The notes under the pieces are model-generated. The model was not told where the DNA came from. It saw only the letters and a list, made by a program, of their open reading frames with translations, and did no database searches. Position numbers and translations under genes: made by a program. From the IMG/VR virus record IMGVR_UViG_3300021425_002093, positions 1 through 64,000 of that record: a DNA stretch of 64,000 nucleotides. One strand, given 5' to 3'. Numbering within the stretch: the stretch's first letter is position 1; the number at the start of each line of letters is the position of its first letter. Positions 35,037-45,141 of the stretch are shown here, in pieces. Source of the stretch: a virus.

Positions 35037-35501
35037 TCAAGTTTTTACGTTTGATTGTCTACTCATTGCTCTAGAACCAAACCAAAATGAGATAATCGCA
35101 GCAAAAATTGCTTGTGTTTCCTCATCCCAAACAATTGTGATCGCCGCATAAAAGTCTTGACCACTATCCATACCATGCATGAGAGTAGCGATTTTGACTG
35201 ATGCAAACAACCCAAAAAAGAGATATGTGATTACAGGACGGACTGACTTCCTAAGCCAAGCGAGCGGACCATTGTCTTCTTGCATTGCAATATCATGCTG
35301 TATGAGTCTTGCGTGTTCATCGTCCACTGATCGAAGTTGAAATTTAGTCATGTCGATATCAGCATTTTGTCTCATCAACTCCGACTGCATTTTCATCATT
35401 TCGAGTTCTTTCTTGTTATTCTCTTTGTCAGCAAAATGTCCAAGAACAGCAGGAACGGCTGAGCCAGCAAATCCAACTAATGTACCTAATAATGATAGCA
35501 T
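35037..35501 (-). CDS. holin-like membrane protein (3TM/GTA-holin type)
   Basis: LRKSVRPVITY...IISFWFGSR. Confidence 0.75.
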   Translation of the reverse strand: MLSLLGTLVGFAGSAVPAVLGHFADKENNKKELEMMKMQSELMRQNADIDMTKFQLRSVDDEHARLIQHDIAMQEDNGPLAWLRKSVRPVITYLFFGLFASVKIATLMHGMDSGQDFYAAITIVWDEETQAIFAAIISFWFGSRAMSRQSNVKT

Positions 35502-35581
35502 AATTTTAACCTTATTTTTGTATATGCAATATTATTTAGTCTTTGTCTTCTAAGAGAAGCCAGCATGAAACGAATACTGGA

Positions 35582-35962
35582 TCAATCATAAGTTCCGTCT
35601 TCTTGCATTCCACACCAGTTACAAGCATGACCGGACTCAACAGCAATGTATCCATTTAAATTGCAATTATGATTCCAGAAGGGGCTTACTGTCCCTTCTA
35701 GTGGATTCTCCATTTCATATGGGTCAAGATCTTCCCCGTTTCTCCCACGAGTCCGATTTCCATCTGAATTGAGTTCAGTCATATCCTGTTGGACTGTTCG
35801 ATAGTCTTTAGGACTGACATTACAATTCACTGTATGAAAACCATCAACTTCGCCGCACTCTTGACAGCGATCTTTTCCTTTGTATCCAAAGATTTTATGA
35901 TAGTTCTCTTCCCATTTTGCTCGATCTTGAATCGGGCGTTGCTTGCTACCTTTCCCCGCCAT
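35582..35962 (-). CDS. hypothetical protein with Zn-binding motifs
   Basis: MAGKGSKQRP...CQECG...H..NC...CNWCG. Confidence 0.65.
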   Translation of the reverse strand: MAGKGSKQRPIQDRAKWEENYHKIFGYKGKDRCQECGEVDGFHTVNCNVSPKDYRTVQQDMTELNSDGNRTRGRNGEDLDPYEMENPLEGTVSPFWNHNCNLNGYIAVESGHACNWCGMQEDGTYD

Positions 35963-36236
35963 CTTTACGTTGACCCTCAAATATTTGTCGTCTAAAAACT
36001 TCAGCCAAGTACGCACGTCTGCAATGTTGCTTTTGTCTTATGATCAAATAAAACAAAGCGTCGATTACGGGACGTGCGATTTTAGCAACCCAGTGTCCCT
36101 CTTTTTCGTATCTGTATGTCGCAGACGAAATAGTTTCATCTGGATATACAGCACCGAATGTAATCAACACCCAAACGAATTGATCAAATCCAATCAAAAT
36201 ATTTTTGATTCGTCTTGATATCGTTAAGCTACGCAC
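35946..36236 (-). CDS. hypothetical protein
   Basis: DQ...PDETISS...IDALF...HC. Confidence 0.7.
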   Translation of the reverse strand: MRSLTISRRIKNILIGFDQFVWVLITFGAVYPDETISSATYRYEKEGHWVAKIARPVIDALFYLIIRQKQHCRRAYLAEVFRRQIFEGQRKDGGER

Positions 36237-36525
36237 TGACTCCTTCCCCTACGATCAACCCAGAACTTGCTTGATAATAAGCAGATTCTACAGGCTGACT
36301 AGTCTTTGTTACAAAGACAATACCACCAGTATAGAAAGTCATTGACTTGGGATTTTCCTCTCCCGTAACACAAATTCCGTTTGCAAAGCCAACGCCATTT
36401 TCGCCCTGAACGAGCATCTTGGGATCGGAAAGGATAAATGTAGCATCATCCTTTTTAAGAAATTTACCCACATACTCTCCAGCAACTGAGATCACTGTTA
36501 CAACTTCATTCTTTTTATAGCTCAT
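36229..36525 (-). CDS. Sm-like beta protein
   Basis: VVTVISVAGEYVGK...AYYQASSGLI. Confidence 0.7.
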   Translation of the reverse strand: MSYKKNEVVTVISVAGEYVGKFLKKDDATFILSDPKMLVQGENGVGFANGICVTGEENPKSMTFYTGGIVFVTKTSQPVESAYYQASSGLIVGEGVSA

Positions 36526-36526
36526 T

Positions 36527-36868
36527 TTACTCCTCCATAATATCGCCTTCTTTTACGAAGACTCCATTGATCATACGGCCTGTACGATGTTTGATATCAT
36601 TGTATGCTTGCTCTAAACAGTCTGATAACGATAGACCATTTCGCTCTGCAATATTTATCAGCACAACGATGCAATCTCCAATGTCGTCTGAGACATCACG
36701 ACCTTTGCATACATTGTCGCTAAGCTCGCCTACTTCTTGGATCAATTTACATACTTGATCCTTGTCAGTAGAACCTAGGATTAAATTTCTATCGTAGTGC
36801 CATTGTTTGATTTGTTCGGTTAGGCTGATCATTCGATCATCTTCAATTTCGTAATCAATGTATTTCAC
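36527..36868 (-). CDS. MazG-like nucleotide pyrophosphohydrolase
   Basis: KLIQEVGEL...DDIGD...AYNDIKHRTG..INGVFVKE. Confidence 0.9.
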   Translation of the reverse strand: MKYIDYEIEDDRMISLTEQIKQWHYDRNLILGSTDKDQVCKLIQEVGELSDNVCKGRDVSDDIGDCIVVLINIAERNGLSLSDCLEQAYNDIKHRTGRMINGVFVKEGDIMEE

Positions 36869-36983
36869 TTATCACCCTCTCGCTCAAGTTTCTCTTTAAT
36901 TAACTCTAACACCCCTACAATTTTTTCTAAAACTTCTTCGTCTTTTTCATTTTCTGTGTCAAACTTCACATTTACATCTATAA

Positions 36984-37409
36984 TCATCTCTTTCCTCTCC
37001 CAACTAAAGACTGAACGTGAGATCGGTGAATTTTGCAGTTTATGATGCCGTTGAAATACTCATCTGACAATAACACTTCTCGCTCAATCTGTTCTTTTAA
37101 CTCTAAGTAAGACATCTCCCCCTTGGAATTACATAAATGAAGGATTTCTCGATTAAAGACTTCACCGCCATGTTCTTCAACTAGAGACTTGACTTCTTCA
37201 GATGATCCATAGTACATCATCCAATCAGATTCTTTTACGACTTTACGTCTTCTAGTCTTTCCCTTTAGCGGCGGTAAAGTTCTCCTCGACTTAAATGTCT
37301 TCTTACCAATATATTTTTTCCCATTTCTAGAGTCTGTAATGCAGTAGACAAATCCAACAAACTCTCCTATCATGTCGCTTGTAAATTCACGACCTTCATA
37401 ATTCCACAT
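36984..37409 (-). CDS. GIY-YIG family nuclease
   Basis: GFVYCIT...KKYIGKK, ESDW..YYGS, FNREIL. Confidence 0.85.
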   Translation of the reverse strand: MWNYEGREFTSDMIGEFVGFVYCITDSRNGKKYIGKKTFKSRRTLPPLKGKTRRRKVVKESDWMMYYGSSEEVKSLVEEHGGEVFNREILHLCNSKGEMSYLELKEQIEREVLLSDEYFNGIINCKIHRSHVQSLVGRGKR

Positions 37410-37456
37410 TATAATCGCCTATCTAGTATACTGTCTAGTATATAGATGCGAAAAAT

Positions 37457-37603
37457 TTACTCCCAATCGGGATCAAAATCGCCCGGCTCTTCTTCTCGAT
37501 TCTCGCCGCATATTGGGCAATACTGCACTTCGTCATCAACTCCAAATGTTTCGATGGTGCATTCGTTACCACAGAAACTACAAAGAAAATCTATTTTTTT
37601 CAT
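37457..37603 (-). CDS. 48-aa zinc-ribbon protein
   Basis: CSFCG...YCPICGE; AGGAG RBS. Confidence 0.65.
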   Translation of the reverse strand: MKKIDFLCSFCGNECTIETFGVDDEVQYCPICGENREEEPGDFDPDWE

Positions 37604-38058
37604 ATACGGTATACTCCTACTCCGCACTGTACAAGGAACTCAATTCCCCTTAGTGATTGATATTCATCTCTGTAGTACACATCAGTTACGCCAGCACCAT
37701 ATATTTGCTTAGCACACCCCAGACACGGAGCGTGTGTAATATACATAGTCGCACCTTCTCCGCTTTCTGTACTTCTAGCTAACTTTGCAATGCAATTAGC
37801 TTCAGCGTGAATTACCTCTTCTTTTGTTATCATTCTACCATAGATGGCTCGATCATCAGGATTAACTTCAAAAGTCACTCCCTCATTTGGAACCCAGTCT
37901 TCGCATTCATTATCCCAGCCGCTAGGCGTTCCATTATATCCAATTGAAATGATGCGGTCGTCCTTGACCGCAATCGCTCCAACCTTAAGTCGGGTAGCAG
38001 TGGATAGTTGAGCAAATCGATGAGCAACATCCATATACGCCGCTTGCCACTTATCCAT
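37600..38058 (-). CDS. cd: dCMP deaminase
   Basis: GYNGTP, HAEAN, THAPCLGC. Confidence 0.93.
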   Translation of the reverse strand: MDKWQAAYMDVAHRFAQLSTATRLKVGAIAVKDDRIISIGYNGTPSGWDNECEDWVPNEGVTFEVNPDDRAIYGRMITKEEVIHAEANCIAKLARSTESGEGATMYITHAPCLGCAKQIYGAGVTDVYYRDEYQSLRGIEFLVQCGVGVYRI

Positions 38059-38133
38059 ATATTGAAAATCCGCATACTAGTAACAAGTCTACTAGAAACA
38101 TAAGCGTCCCAAATTCTACCCAATACTTATCTA

Positions 38134-39141
38134 CTATGCGGCGCATGACTTGCTATCTAATCCACAAACTTGAGCGGCGGATGGATCAACGTCATTCCAA
38201 CCCCAATCTCCTTCCATGCCGTTAACAGAGTACTCTGTAACTCGCTTCTCAAAGAAGTTATCATGTGATGCGCCATTGAGTACCCAATCAAGCCAATCAA
38301 GTGGATTATCCTTTTGATTGAATTTAGGCTTCATACCCAACTGAAGTAATCGACGATCAGCGATATGGCGAATGTAGTCACGAACTTCCTTCTTTGTCAT
38401 TCCCTGTACGTCATTACCCTTGAATGCTAGATCAATAAACTTATCTTCTAATTGTACGGCATTCTTGGCCATCTGATAAATCTTGGACTTAAGTTCATCG
38501 TTAACAATACGAGGATGCTCTTCGCAAAAAGTACGAAATAGCTTTGCATTGCCTTGTACGTGTATCGACTCATCACGAATAGACCACTCAACGATTGTTC
38601 CCATTCCCTTCATCTTTCCGAAGCGCTGGAAGTTGAGTAACATCACAAATGATGCAAATACAGACATTCCTTCGTTGAAGACTGATTGAGCGAGCGCAAG
38701 CGCAAGTCCAGTGTGAGTATTGACATCGCCCTCTTTCATGAAGTCGATTTTGTCAGCCATTTCCTTATACTCTAGGAACTTATGAAATTCTTCGTCTGGT
38801 AATCCAAGCGTATCATTAAGAAGCGCATACGCTCGCTGGTGGACCGCCTCTCGTGCCGCAAAGGACGAGAGCATGTTCCGCACTTCATTGTTTTTGAATT
38901 TAGGGATGAGTAGCTCGTGATAGTTCTCACCAACTTGCACATCAGACTGAGTGAATAGTCTCAAAACGTGAGTGATAAACTCCTTTTCAGCTTCTGAGAG
39001 TTTTGTTTTCCAATCTTGGACATCTTCTGAAAGCTCTGCTTCCGACTCCACCCAATGTATTTCTTCGTGCTTTACCGATAAGTCCACTGCCCAGTCATAC
39101 TTGAACGGACGGTAGGCTTCTGAAAATTTAAGTAATGACAT
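38134..39141 (-). CDS. nrdB: ribonucleotide reductase class Ia beta subunit
   Basis: FTQSDV, EAVHQRAY, EG...FASF, IRDESIH, NFFEKRVTEY. Confidence 0.96.
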   Translation of the reverse strand: MSLLKFSEAYRPFKYDWAVDLSVKHEEIHWVESEAELSEDVQDWKTKLSEAEKEFITHVLRLFTQSDVQVGENYHELLIPKFKNNEVRNMLSSFAAREAVHQRAYALLNDTLGLPDEEFHKFLEYKEMADKIDFMKEGDVNTHTGLALALAQSVFNEGMSVFASFVMLLNFQRFGKMKGMGTIVEWSIRDESIHVQGNAKLFRTFCEEHPRIVNDELKSKIYQMAKNAVQLEDKFIDLAFKGNDVQGMTKKEVRDYIRHIADRRLLQLGMKPKFNQKDNPLDWLDWVLNGASHDNFFEKRVTEYSVNGMEGDWGWNDVDPSAAQVCGLDSKSCAA

Positions 39142-39159
39142 TATTGTTCCTTTTAAAAT

Positions 39160-41148
39160 TTAGCCTTCACAAGCTCGGCATTCTTCGCCTTGTTGAGCTG
39201 CTACTGTGTTAGAATTTAAGTAAGCAATTAACTGATCATAACCGCCAACGTATTTTCCATTAATGTAAATTTGAGGTACACTATTCACCTTCCTTCCAGT
39301 GACCTCTGCTGCAGTTTTTCCAATCTCTTTCAAATCAATGTAATCGAATGGGATTCCCTGCAGTGTCAACTCTTGCTTTGCAAGTTCACAGAATGGACAA
39401 TTACTCTTACCGTAGATAATAGTTCTATTATCGTCCTGTAAAGCAACTCGCTCCACTTTGTCAGCGACAGTCTCAGCACGAGATTTAGCTTCCGTTCTCA
39501 AATAGTATAAGCCCTTCAGTCCTTCTTGCCAAGCTTTTAAATGAACTTTGTTCACATAGCCTCTGGCCACTCCGGACGGGAAGAATAAATTGACAGACTG
39601 ACCTTGACAGATATACTTTTGTCTGTCTGCGGCGTGCTGTACAACCCAAGTCTGATCAAGTTCTTGTGCCGTCTTAAAGACAGCCTTCTCTCCTTCAGTT
39701 AAGAATGGAAGATGCTGAACAGATCCTTTATTAGTGATGATTGATGACCAGGTGGACTCGTTGTTCATTTCCCGTTCAGCAAGCAATTGTTCCAAGTAGC
39801 GATTTTTAACTAGAAAACTCCCTGCTCGGGTTCTATGAGTGTAAGCATTTGCCTTCATTGGCTCGATGCTAGGACTCGTTGATAAAATCACTCCAGATGA
39901 CGCATTAGGAGCGATTGCGATTAAATGTGCGTTTCGCTTTCCGCTTCCTTCGCCATCAAGATACTCACCTCTTTCAACAGCAAGCCACTCAGTTTCCGCA
40001 TTTGCTTCTCGCTGAATATGCGAGAAGACTACATCATTTATCTCACGAGCCTTATCTGACTCCCAAGCGACTCCATGCTTTTGTAGCAACGAGTGAAAGC
40101 CCATTGCCCCCAATCCAATGCTACGTTCACGCATGGCACTATACTTAGCACGAGATATAGTATCAGGTGCATTATCAATGAAATACTCAAGCACGTTATC
40201 CAACATGCGAACAAGATCCCGTACAATACTTGTGTCTTTCCACTCATCATAGTACTCCAAGTTTAAAGATGATAAGCAACAAACAGCAGTACGTTCATCT
40301 GATGTTGGGAGATGAATCTCATTGCAAAGATTAGAGCCATGAATCTTTAATCCTTTCTCTTTCAGAGGCTCTGGTAAATGCTTGTTTGCTGTATCGATAA
40401 AGTTTAAGTAAGGTTCACCAGTTCTGAATCTTACCTCCAAAATTCTTTCCCATAGTTTACGTGCATCAACTGAGTCTTTGACTGTTCCATCTTTAGGATC
40501 TCTTAAGTCAAAGAAATCGCCATGCTTTACGCAATTCATAAACTCATCAGTGATGTTGATTGCATTATGTAAATTCAATGCCTTGCGTTGTACATCACCC
40601 GTAGGAATTCGAATGTTTAGAAACTCTACGATATCCGGATGTGAGACATCCATATAAGCGGCATAAGAGCCTTTTCTAGTCTTACCTTGACGGTAAGCAA
40701 TCATATCTGCGTCTACAGTGTGGAGAAATGGGATAGGGCCTGGAGCAATGTCAGAGACTGTCCGTACATCAGACCAGTGACCACCGACGCCACCGCCATA
40801 AACACTAAGCCAGCGCAGTTCAGAAGTATGATCAATAAGACCTTCAAGAGTGTCCGGAACGTATGTGAGGAAGCATGAGATAGGCATTCCCTTTCCTTTA
40901 CCGTGTCCATTAGGCGCATTGCTAAGAACTGGAGATGCAAACATAAACCATTTTTTTGAAACATAGTCGTATAACCTTTGGGCTAGATCTTCATCAATTG
41001 TTTCTCTGTATACTGACCATGCTTTAGCGGCTCTAGCGTATCCTTCTTGTGGGGATGATTCGTAACTATTAAGATAAAAATCCTTAAGCATGTTAATAGC
41101 ATAATCTGCTAATAGATCATCTTTGGACTTATCGATCTTAATTTTCAT
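39160..41148 (-). CDS. nrdA: ribonucleotide reductase class Ia alpha subunit with fused glutaredoxin
   Basis: ISCF, SNLCNEI, AIAPNASS, QGQSVN, GLYYLR; then IYGKSNCPFC...VPQIYING.YVGG; terminal CRACEG. Confidence 0.96.
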   Translation of the reverse strand: MKIKIDKSKDDLLADYAINMLKDFYLNSYESSPQEGYARAAKAWSVYRETIDEDLAQRLYDYVSKKWFMFASPVLSNAPNGHGKGKGMPISCFLTYVPDTLEGLIDHTSELRWLSVYGGGVGGHWSDVRTVSDIAPGPIPFLHTVDADMIAYRQGKTRKGSYAAYMDVSHPDIVEFLNIRIPTGDVQRKALNLHNAINITDEFMNCVKHGDFFDLRDPKDGTVKDSVDARKLWERILEVRFRTGEPYLNFIDTANKHLPEPLKEKGLKIHGSNLCNEIHLPTSDERTAVCCLSSLNLEYYDEWKDTSIVRDLVRMLDNVLEYFIDNAPDTISRAKYSAMRERSIGLGAMGFHSLLQKHGVAWESDKAREINDVVFSHIQREANAETEWLAVERGEYLDGEGSGKRNAHLIAIAPNASSGVILSTSPSIEPMKANAYTHRTRAGSFLVKNRYLEQLLAEREMNNESTWSSIITNKGSVQHLPFLTEGEKAVFKTAQELDQTWVVQHAADRQKYICQGQSVNLFFPSGVARGYVNKVHLKAWQEGLKGLYYLRTEAKSRAETVADKVERVALQDDNRTIIYGKSNCPFCELAKQELTLQGIPFDYIDLKEIGKTAAEVTGRKVNSVPQIYINGKYVGGYDQLIAYLNSNTVAAQQGEECRACEG

Positions 41149-41241
41149 ATGGGTTCCTTATTGTTAAATTCAACGGCTACTAACCCTATGCAGGGAAGCA
41201 CCTTAATTAAATTGTAAAAAAATTGAGTTCATTCTAAGATA

Positions 41242-41688
41242 CTAGTACGAATACATGTCTTTGAAAAGCCGGATCAAGAACCCGATTCCCATTCGAATTG
41301 CTACAGTAGTAGCTGAGAATTGATTAGTCTCAAATCGATATCCAGCGTCTATCATATCTTTCTTAGTAACGAACTTTTTTTGGATGTTGTCTACGTATTT
41401 TGATTTGTAAACAAGAACTCCGTGACCTACGTCACGCTTTGTCTTGCAGTACTGTAACTTCGCTCTCCGAGTGAACAAGTAAAACCAGAATCTAAAGAGA
41501 GATCGATTGCACAGTAGATACAGCAGAGTTAAAGCATAATCCTCACAGTCTCCATAAAACTTGCCGTCTTTTGATTCCATGATATACCAAGCATCACGTT
41601 GGTCATAATGATTCCGGTCGCTAATGTATTCGAATTTTTGCGAAAACTCAGCGACAATTTGATCTTCGGGGCCTAATTTCATTAACAC
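41242..41688 (-). CDS. transglutaminase-like cysteine peptidase (BTLCP-like)
   Basis: YISD...W...GDCEDYAL...GHGVL...VDN. Confidence 0.75.
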   Translation of the reverse strand: MLMKLGPEDQIVAEFSQKFEYISDRNHYDQRDAWYIMESKDGKFYGDCEDYALTLLYLLCNRSLFRFWFYLFTRRAKLQYCKTKRDVGHGVLVYKSKYVDNIQKKFVTKKDMIDAGYRFETNQFSATTVAIRMGIGFLIRLFKDMYSY

Positions 41689-42719
41689 TTTCTCCAGAAA
41701 CTTATCTTCAGCTTGCCTTCAAGACCATGATATGTATTAGAATTTATAATATCTTGAACTTCACGAATTGTTAGTCCTGATAATATCATATCATTAATGT
41801 CTTTGTCAACGACTCTATCTGGCCAGATGCACAATTTATATCCGGATGCAATACACTTCTCCATTCTAGAAACGATCTCTTTATTCCTTGGTTCATTGTC
41901 AAAGATAAAGACAGCGTTTTCTGGATTTGGTAGTCCCGAAGCATTTCCATCTGCTCCTGCCATAGCCATACAATTACTTATAAACATGCTGTCTAGCGGA
42001 CCCTCCGCTACGTAATATTTTTTGGTGGTATCGACTACATCAAGGCCAAAAATCTTAGACGAATCTTCGTCTAGCATGATAGTTATATAGCGTAGTTCAT
42101 ATGGATTAAATGCTCTTGCGTTAAATCCAAAAACTTCTCCTCTTCTATTGATGAAGGGCATCACGAGTCTAGGACTATCGTTTTCTAACTCTGGAAGTTT
42201 GTTGGGAATCAGAGTGTTGACCCACGAATTAAAATTAGGAGCATAGTACATTCGCCATTGTTGATTCGTAGGAATCTTTCTCTCTTCAATATACTTACGA
42301 CACATATGATTATGCGGAAGAGAAGAGACTTTTTTGATTCCCCTAAGCGGAGAGTCTTTCTTCGTAAATGCTGGACGCTTGTGTTTTAGTTTATCTAGAG
42401 GCTTTGCGTTCGGCTTGTAGAGTCGCTTTGGAGACTCATACTTTTCTGCTACAGTATCGATAACATAATCATTGAAAAGATTATGATCAACCGCTCTTAG
42501 GAAGTTACGCAAATTATGAGATGCGCCACAGTTGTGACAATAGAAGATAGCTGAATTGTCTTTTTCTAAGATCCAGCCACGAGCCTTGTGCTTTGACTTT
42601 TGAGAATCCCCACAGATAGGACAGCGAAAGTTCGCTCGATAGGGACTATTCTGTTTGATCTTGAAAAGTTCAAGACGAGATGATAAAATGTTGGCGTACT
42701 TTAAATCGACATGATTCAT
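41682..42719 (-). CDS. gp61: DNA primase (T4 gp61)
   Basis: FRCPICGDS, YCHNCG, EGPLDSMF, FDNEPRN, KDINDM; TTGACA-17-TATAAT at 42758-42786. Confidence 0.95.
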   Translation of the reverse strand: MNHVDLKYANILSSRLELFKIKQNSPYRANFRCPICGDSQKSKHKARGWILEKDNSAIFYCHNCGASHNLRNFLRAVDHNLFNDYVIDTVAEKYESPKRLYKPNAKPLDKLKHKRPAFTKKDSPLRGIKKVSSLPHNHMCRKYIEERKIPTNQQWRMYYAPNFNSWVNTLIPNKLPELENDSPRLVMPFINRRGEVFGFNARAFNPYELRYITIMLDEDSSKIFGLDVVDTTKKYYVAEGPLDSMFISNCMAMAGADGNASGLPNPENAVFIFDNEPRNKEIVSRMEKCIASGYKLCIWPDRVVDKDINDMILSGLTIREVQDIINSNTYHGLEGKLKISFWRKC

Positions 42720-42789
42720 AGAATACTCTAGGTGATATTATGATTTGCGATAAAAAAATTATACCATCTAGATGTGTTCTTGTCAATAG

Positions 42790-43245
42790 TTAGACTGCAA
42801 TTATATCCTTGAGTTGTACAGCGGCGAATGCAAGAGCAGTAGCAATTCCAATAGCATAGAACTTCCAGCTTTCTAGCTTAGTAACTCGATCTTCGACCTT
42901 GTTCCAGGCATCTGTGCTTTTTTCATCATGAACACGAAGAAACTCCATAAGCTCTCTATGATTACGCTCCATATCGATTCGAACTTCATGTTCTTTCTGA
43001 GAGATACGCCCATGTATTAGATCGGTCTCTTTTTCGGTCAGTCGCTTTGACTCTCTACTTTCATACTCTACTTGCTCAAGTCGAGTTTCTTGGCCCGCCA
43101 ATATTTTTCCAACGTCTGACGATACTGTAGCGATTTTGTCGATTGCAGTGTCGAGTTTTGCTAATAATCCTTGCATGTTACTAACGTCTCTCTTTAAAAT
43201 CTCCACATCAGACTTTACTTCATGAATACTATTCTGAGTGTCCAT
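42790..43245 (-). CDS. coiled-coil protein with C-terminal TM
   Basis: KLDTAIDKI...RVTKLESWKFYAIG. Confidence 0.75.
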   Translation of the reverse strand: MDTQNSIHEVKSDVEILKRDVSNMQGLLAKLDTAIDKIATVSSDVGKILAGQETRLEQVEYESRESKRLTEKETDLIHGRISQKEHEVRIDMERNHRELMEFLRVHDEKSTDAWNKVEDRVTKLESWKFYAIGIATALAFAAVQLKDIIAV

Positions 43246-43807
43246 CTTTGTTTACTCCTGTGTGCAGGACCCTTTTAATTATAGAGTTCTTTTTCTTTTT
43301 TTGTAGACGTTTCTGAGCCCGCTTGGAGACACCTGGTTCTCCTTGAGGTCCCACGCCTATACCTGCCACGTTACCCGAACCAGCCGAATTTGCTGGAACT
43401 TCTTCGTCGATAGTATTTTCAAATAAATGATTAATACTATCATCGGAATACATGTTAACTACCATGCTCATGTATTCGTCCAACTTACACTCAACGTATT
43501 CTTCTGTAAGTAAGTCTTCTTCGTATTTCTGGATTTCTTCGCTCTCTTTGATTAGATAGAGGGCTGCAGCATAAGAAGCTAATCGACTCTTGCCACCAGG
43601 CACTTTTTCTAAAAGTCGCTTTAACTTCATGATCATGATGTCGAATATACCGAATGCGTCTTTTTCTTCTCGACGAGTGAATTCTTTACGCTTTTTCAGT
43701 TGATTTCCATTCTCGTCGATAATACCAAGCTCATAAGCCTTCCACTCCTTGAAGGGAGTCGCAAGTCTCTTAATGAACTGATATACTAAAAAAAGATCGA
43801 CGATCAT
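43229..43807 (-). CDS. conserved T4-like hypothetical protein
   Basis: YQFIKRLATPFKEWKAYELGIIDENG...SYAAALYLIKE. Confidence 0.85.
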   Translation of the reverse strand: MIVDLFLVYQFIKRLATPFKEWKAYELGIIDENGNQLKKRKEFTRREEKDAFGIFDIMIMKLKRLLEKVPGGKSRLASYAAALYLIKESEEIQKYEEDLLTEEYVECKLDEYMSMVVNMYSDDSINHLFENTIDEEVPANSAGSGNVAGIGVGPQGEPGVSKRAQKRLQKKKKNSIIKRVLHTGVNKDGHSE

Positions 43808-44178
43808 ATTTTCCGTAACTCTTGGACTATGTTTATGTCTAGCGGAATATCCGTAGACTTTATTTGTACGTCTTCATACTCAATAAATTCCGGCATATAG
43901 CTCAAGTAAATAACAAAGGGCTTTAGATGATGATGATACATCTTAAGCTTTAGAAACAACATGTTTGTTGCTGCCGGACCAAAGCAATTGTAAATAATTA
44001 TGAGATGATTCAATATTAGTCGTACTCTTAGATCCCCATCTTCCTTATATCGCTTAAATAATCGTTTTACATGCTGAAACCTTTTAGCGTCTTCATAAAA
44101 GTCTTCAGCACTTGCGGCAGATTTCATATCATAATGCTTAGCCGCATATAGCAAAAAAGTAGAATCATCTAATCTCAT
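43804..44178 (-). CDS. conserved T4-like hypothetical protein
   Basis: FLLYAAKHY...RLILNHLIIIYN.FG. Confidence 0.85.
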   Translation of the reverse strand: MRLDDSTFLLYAAKHYDMKSAASAEDFYEDAKRFQHVKRLFKRYKEDGDLRVRLILNHLIIIYNCFGPAATNMLFLKLKMYHHHLKPFVIYLSYMPEFIEYEDVQIKSTDIPLDINIVQELRKI

Positions 44179-44198
44179 TATTATTCATTACTCACATC

Positions 44199-44224
44199 AA
44201 AAAGCGCTCCCCCGAAGGGGAGCA
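44199..44224 (-). terminator. intrinsic terminator after the 284-aa structural gene
   Basis: Minus strand: GCTCCCC-TTCG-GGGGAGC followed by GCTTTTT. Confidence 0.8.
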
Positions 44225-44241
44225 TTAAAGCTAATGTAATA

Positions 44242-45096
44242 TTAAGCTGTTACTGTTAGCGTAGACGTTGTTGACGGAGCAGTTGTGACGCCATCTCCGC
44301 CAGGGAAGCTCGCTGAAGCAGTCACTCGGAACGTAGCACCGTTCAATGCAAGTGGTGCTGGGAACGAGATTGTGCTTTCCAATACTCCCAATCCGCCTGC
44401 TGTCTCTTCGATATCAGTGATCGAATCAACATCTTCCCAAGCTGTACCGCCCAGTGGGTCGTACTCCCAAGTGTAGCTAACAGTTGCACTATCAGAGTTA
44501 GTCTGAGTCGTTACTGTAAATGTAGCAGTTTCGCCGTCAGCAACTGTAAGTGTTGTAGCTGGCTGAGCAAGGAACGCAAATGTAGCTTCAGGTGTTACTA
44601 CGTCTTCAGCATCACCAGAAACGCTTGCAGGTACACCCATTGCAACAATAGGCTCAGCGGCGTAACGAGTTACTGCTCCACCGTTTGTGGTCCAAGTGCG
44701 AAGCGTGTTCCAGCCTCCTGTCTTCAAACCTTGATCAGCGTTAGTGCTAACACCAGCTTCTTCAACATCGATGAAGTATGCAGGTGGTTCAGCAACTTTC
44801 TGAAGCGAATCGTCAGTTGCGCCAGCGCCAGTAGTCAAGCCAATAGCCGCACCACCTTCTGTAGCCGCAAGCTGAATTGTGTCAGCAGTTCGACCAACAA
44901 CAAAATATTGTGTTCCTGTCACTAAACCCGTGATAGCGGAAGTTGAAGTATACAACACTTCGTCTCCATTCTCGAAAGAATGTGCTGTCAGCGTGATATC
45001 ATTGCCAGTAGCAACAGCAGTTCCATCAAAAGTTACTGCAGGTTGTAGATACTTAGGCACATCAGCAAAAGTATCTGTATTTCCCCATAGTGCCAT
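44242..45096 (-). CDS. virion structural/decoration protein with Ig-like C-terminus
   Basis: MALWGNTD; HSFENGDEVLY..GL..G..YFV motif; QP...V.DGETATFTV...YTW. Confidence 0.7.
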   Translation of the reverse strand: MALWGNTDTFADVPKYLQPAVTFDGTAVATGNDITLTAHSFENGDEVLYTSTSAITGLVTGTQYFVVGRTADTIQLAATEGGAAIGLTTGAGATDDSLQKVAEPPAYFIDVEEAGVSTNADQGLKTGGWNTLRTWTTNGGAVTRYAAEPIVAMGVPASVSGDAEDVVTPEATFAFLAQPATTLTVADGETATFTVTTQTNSDSATVSYTWEYDPLGGTAWEDVDSITDIEETAGGLGVLESTISFPAPLALNGATFRVTASASFPGGDGVTTAPSTTSTLTVTA

Positions 45097-45141
45097 TGTG
45101 TTTCTCCTTTATGAGTAAATTATTCTTACTATTTATCTTAT

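Noticed and set aside
41150-41240. Possible riboswitch or NrdR box upstream of nrdA
   Set aside because: Only a modest hairpin and a weak palindrome; no recognisable consensus.
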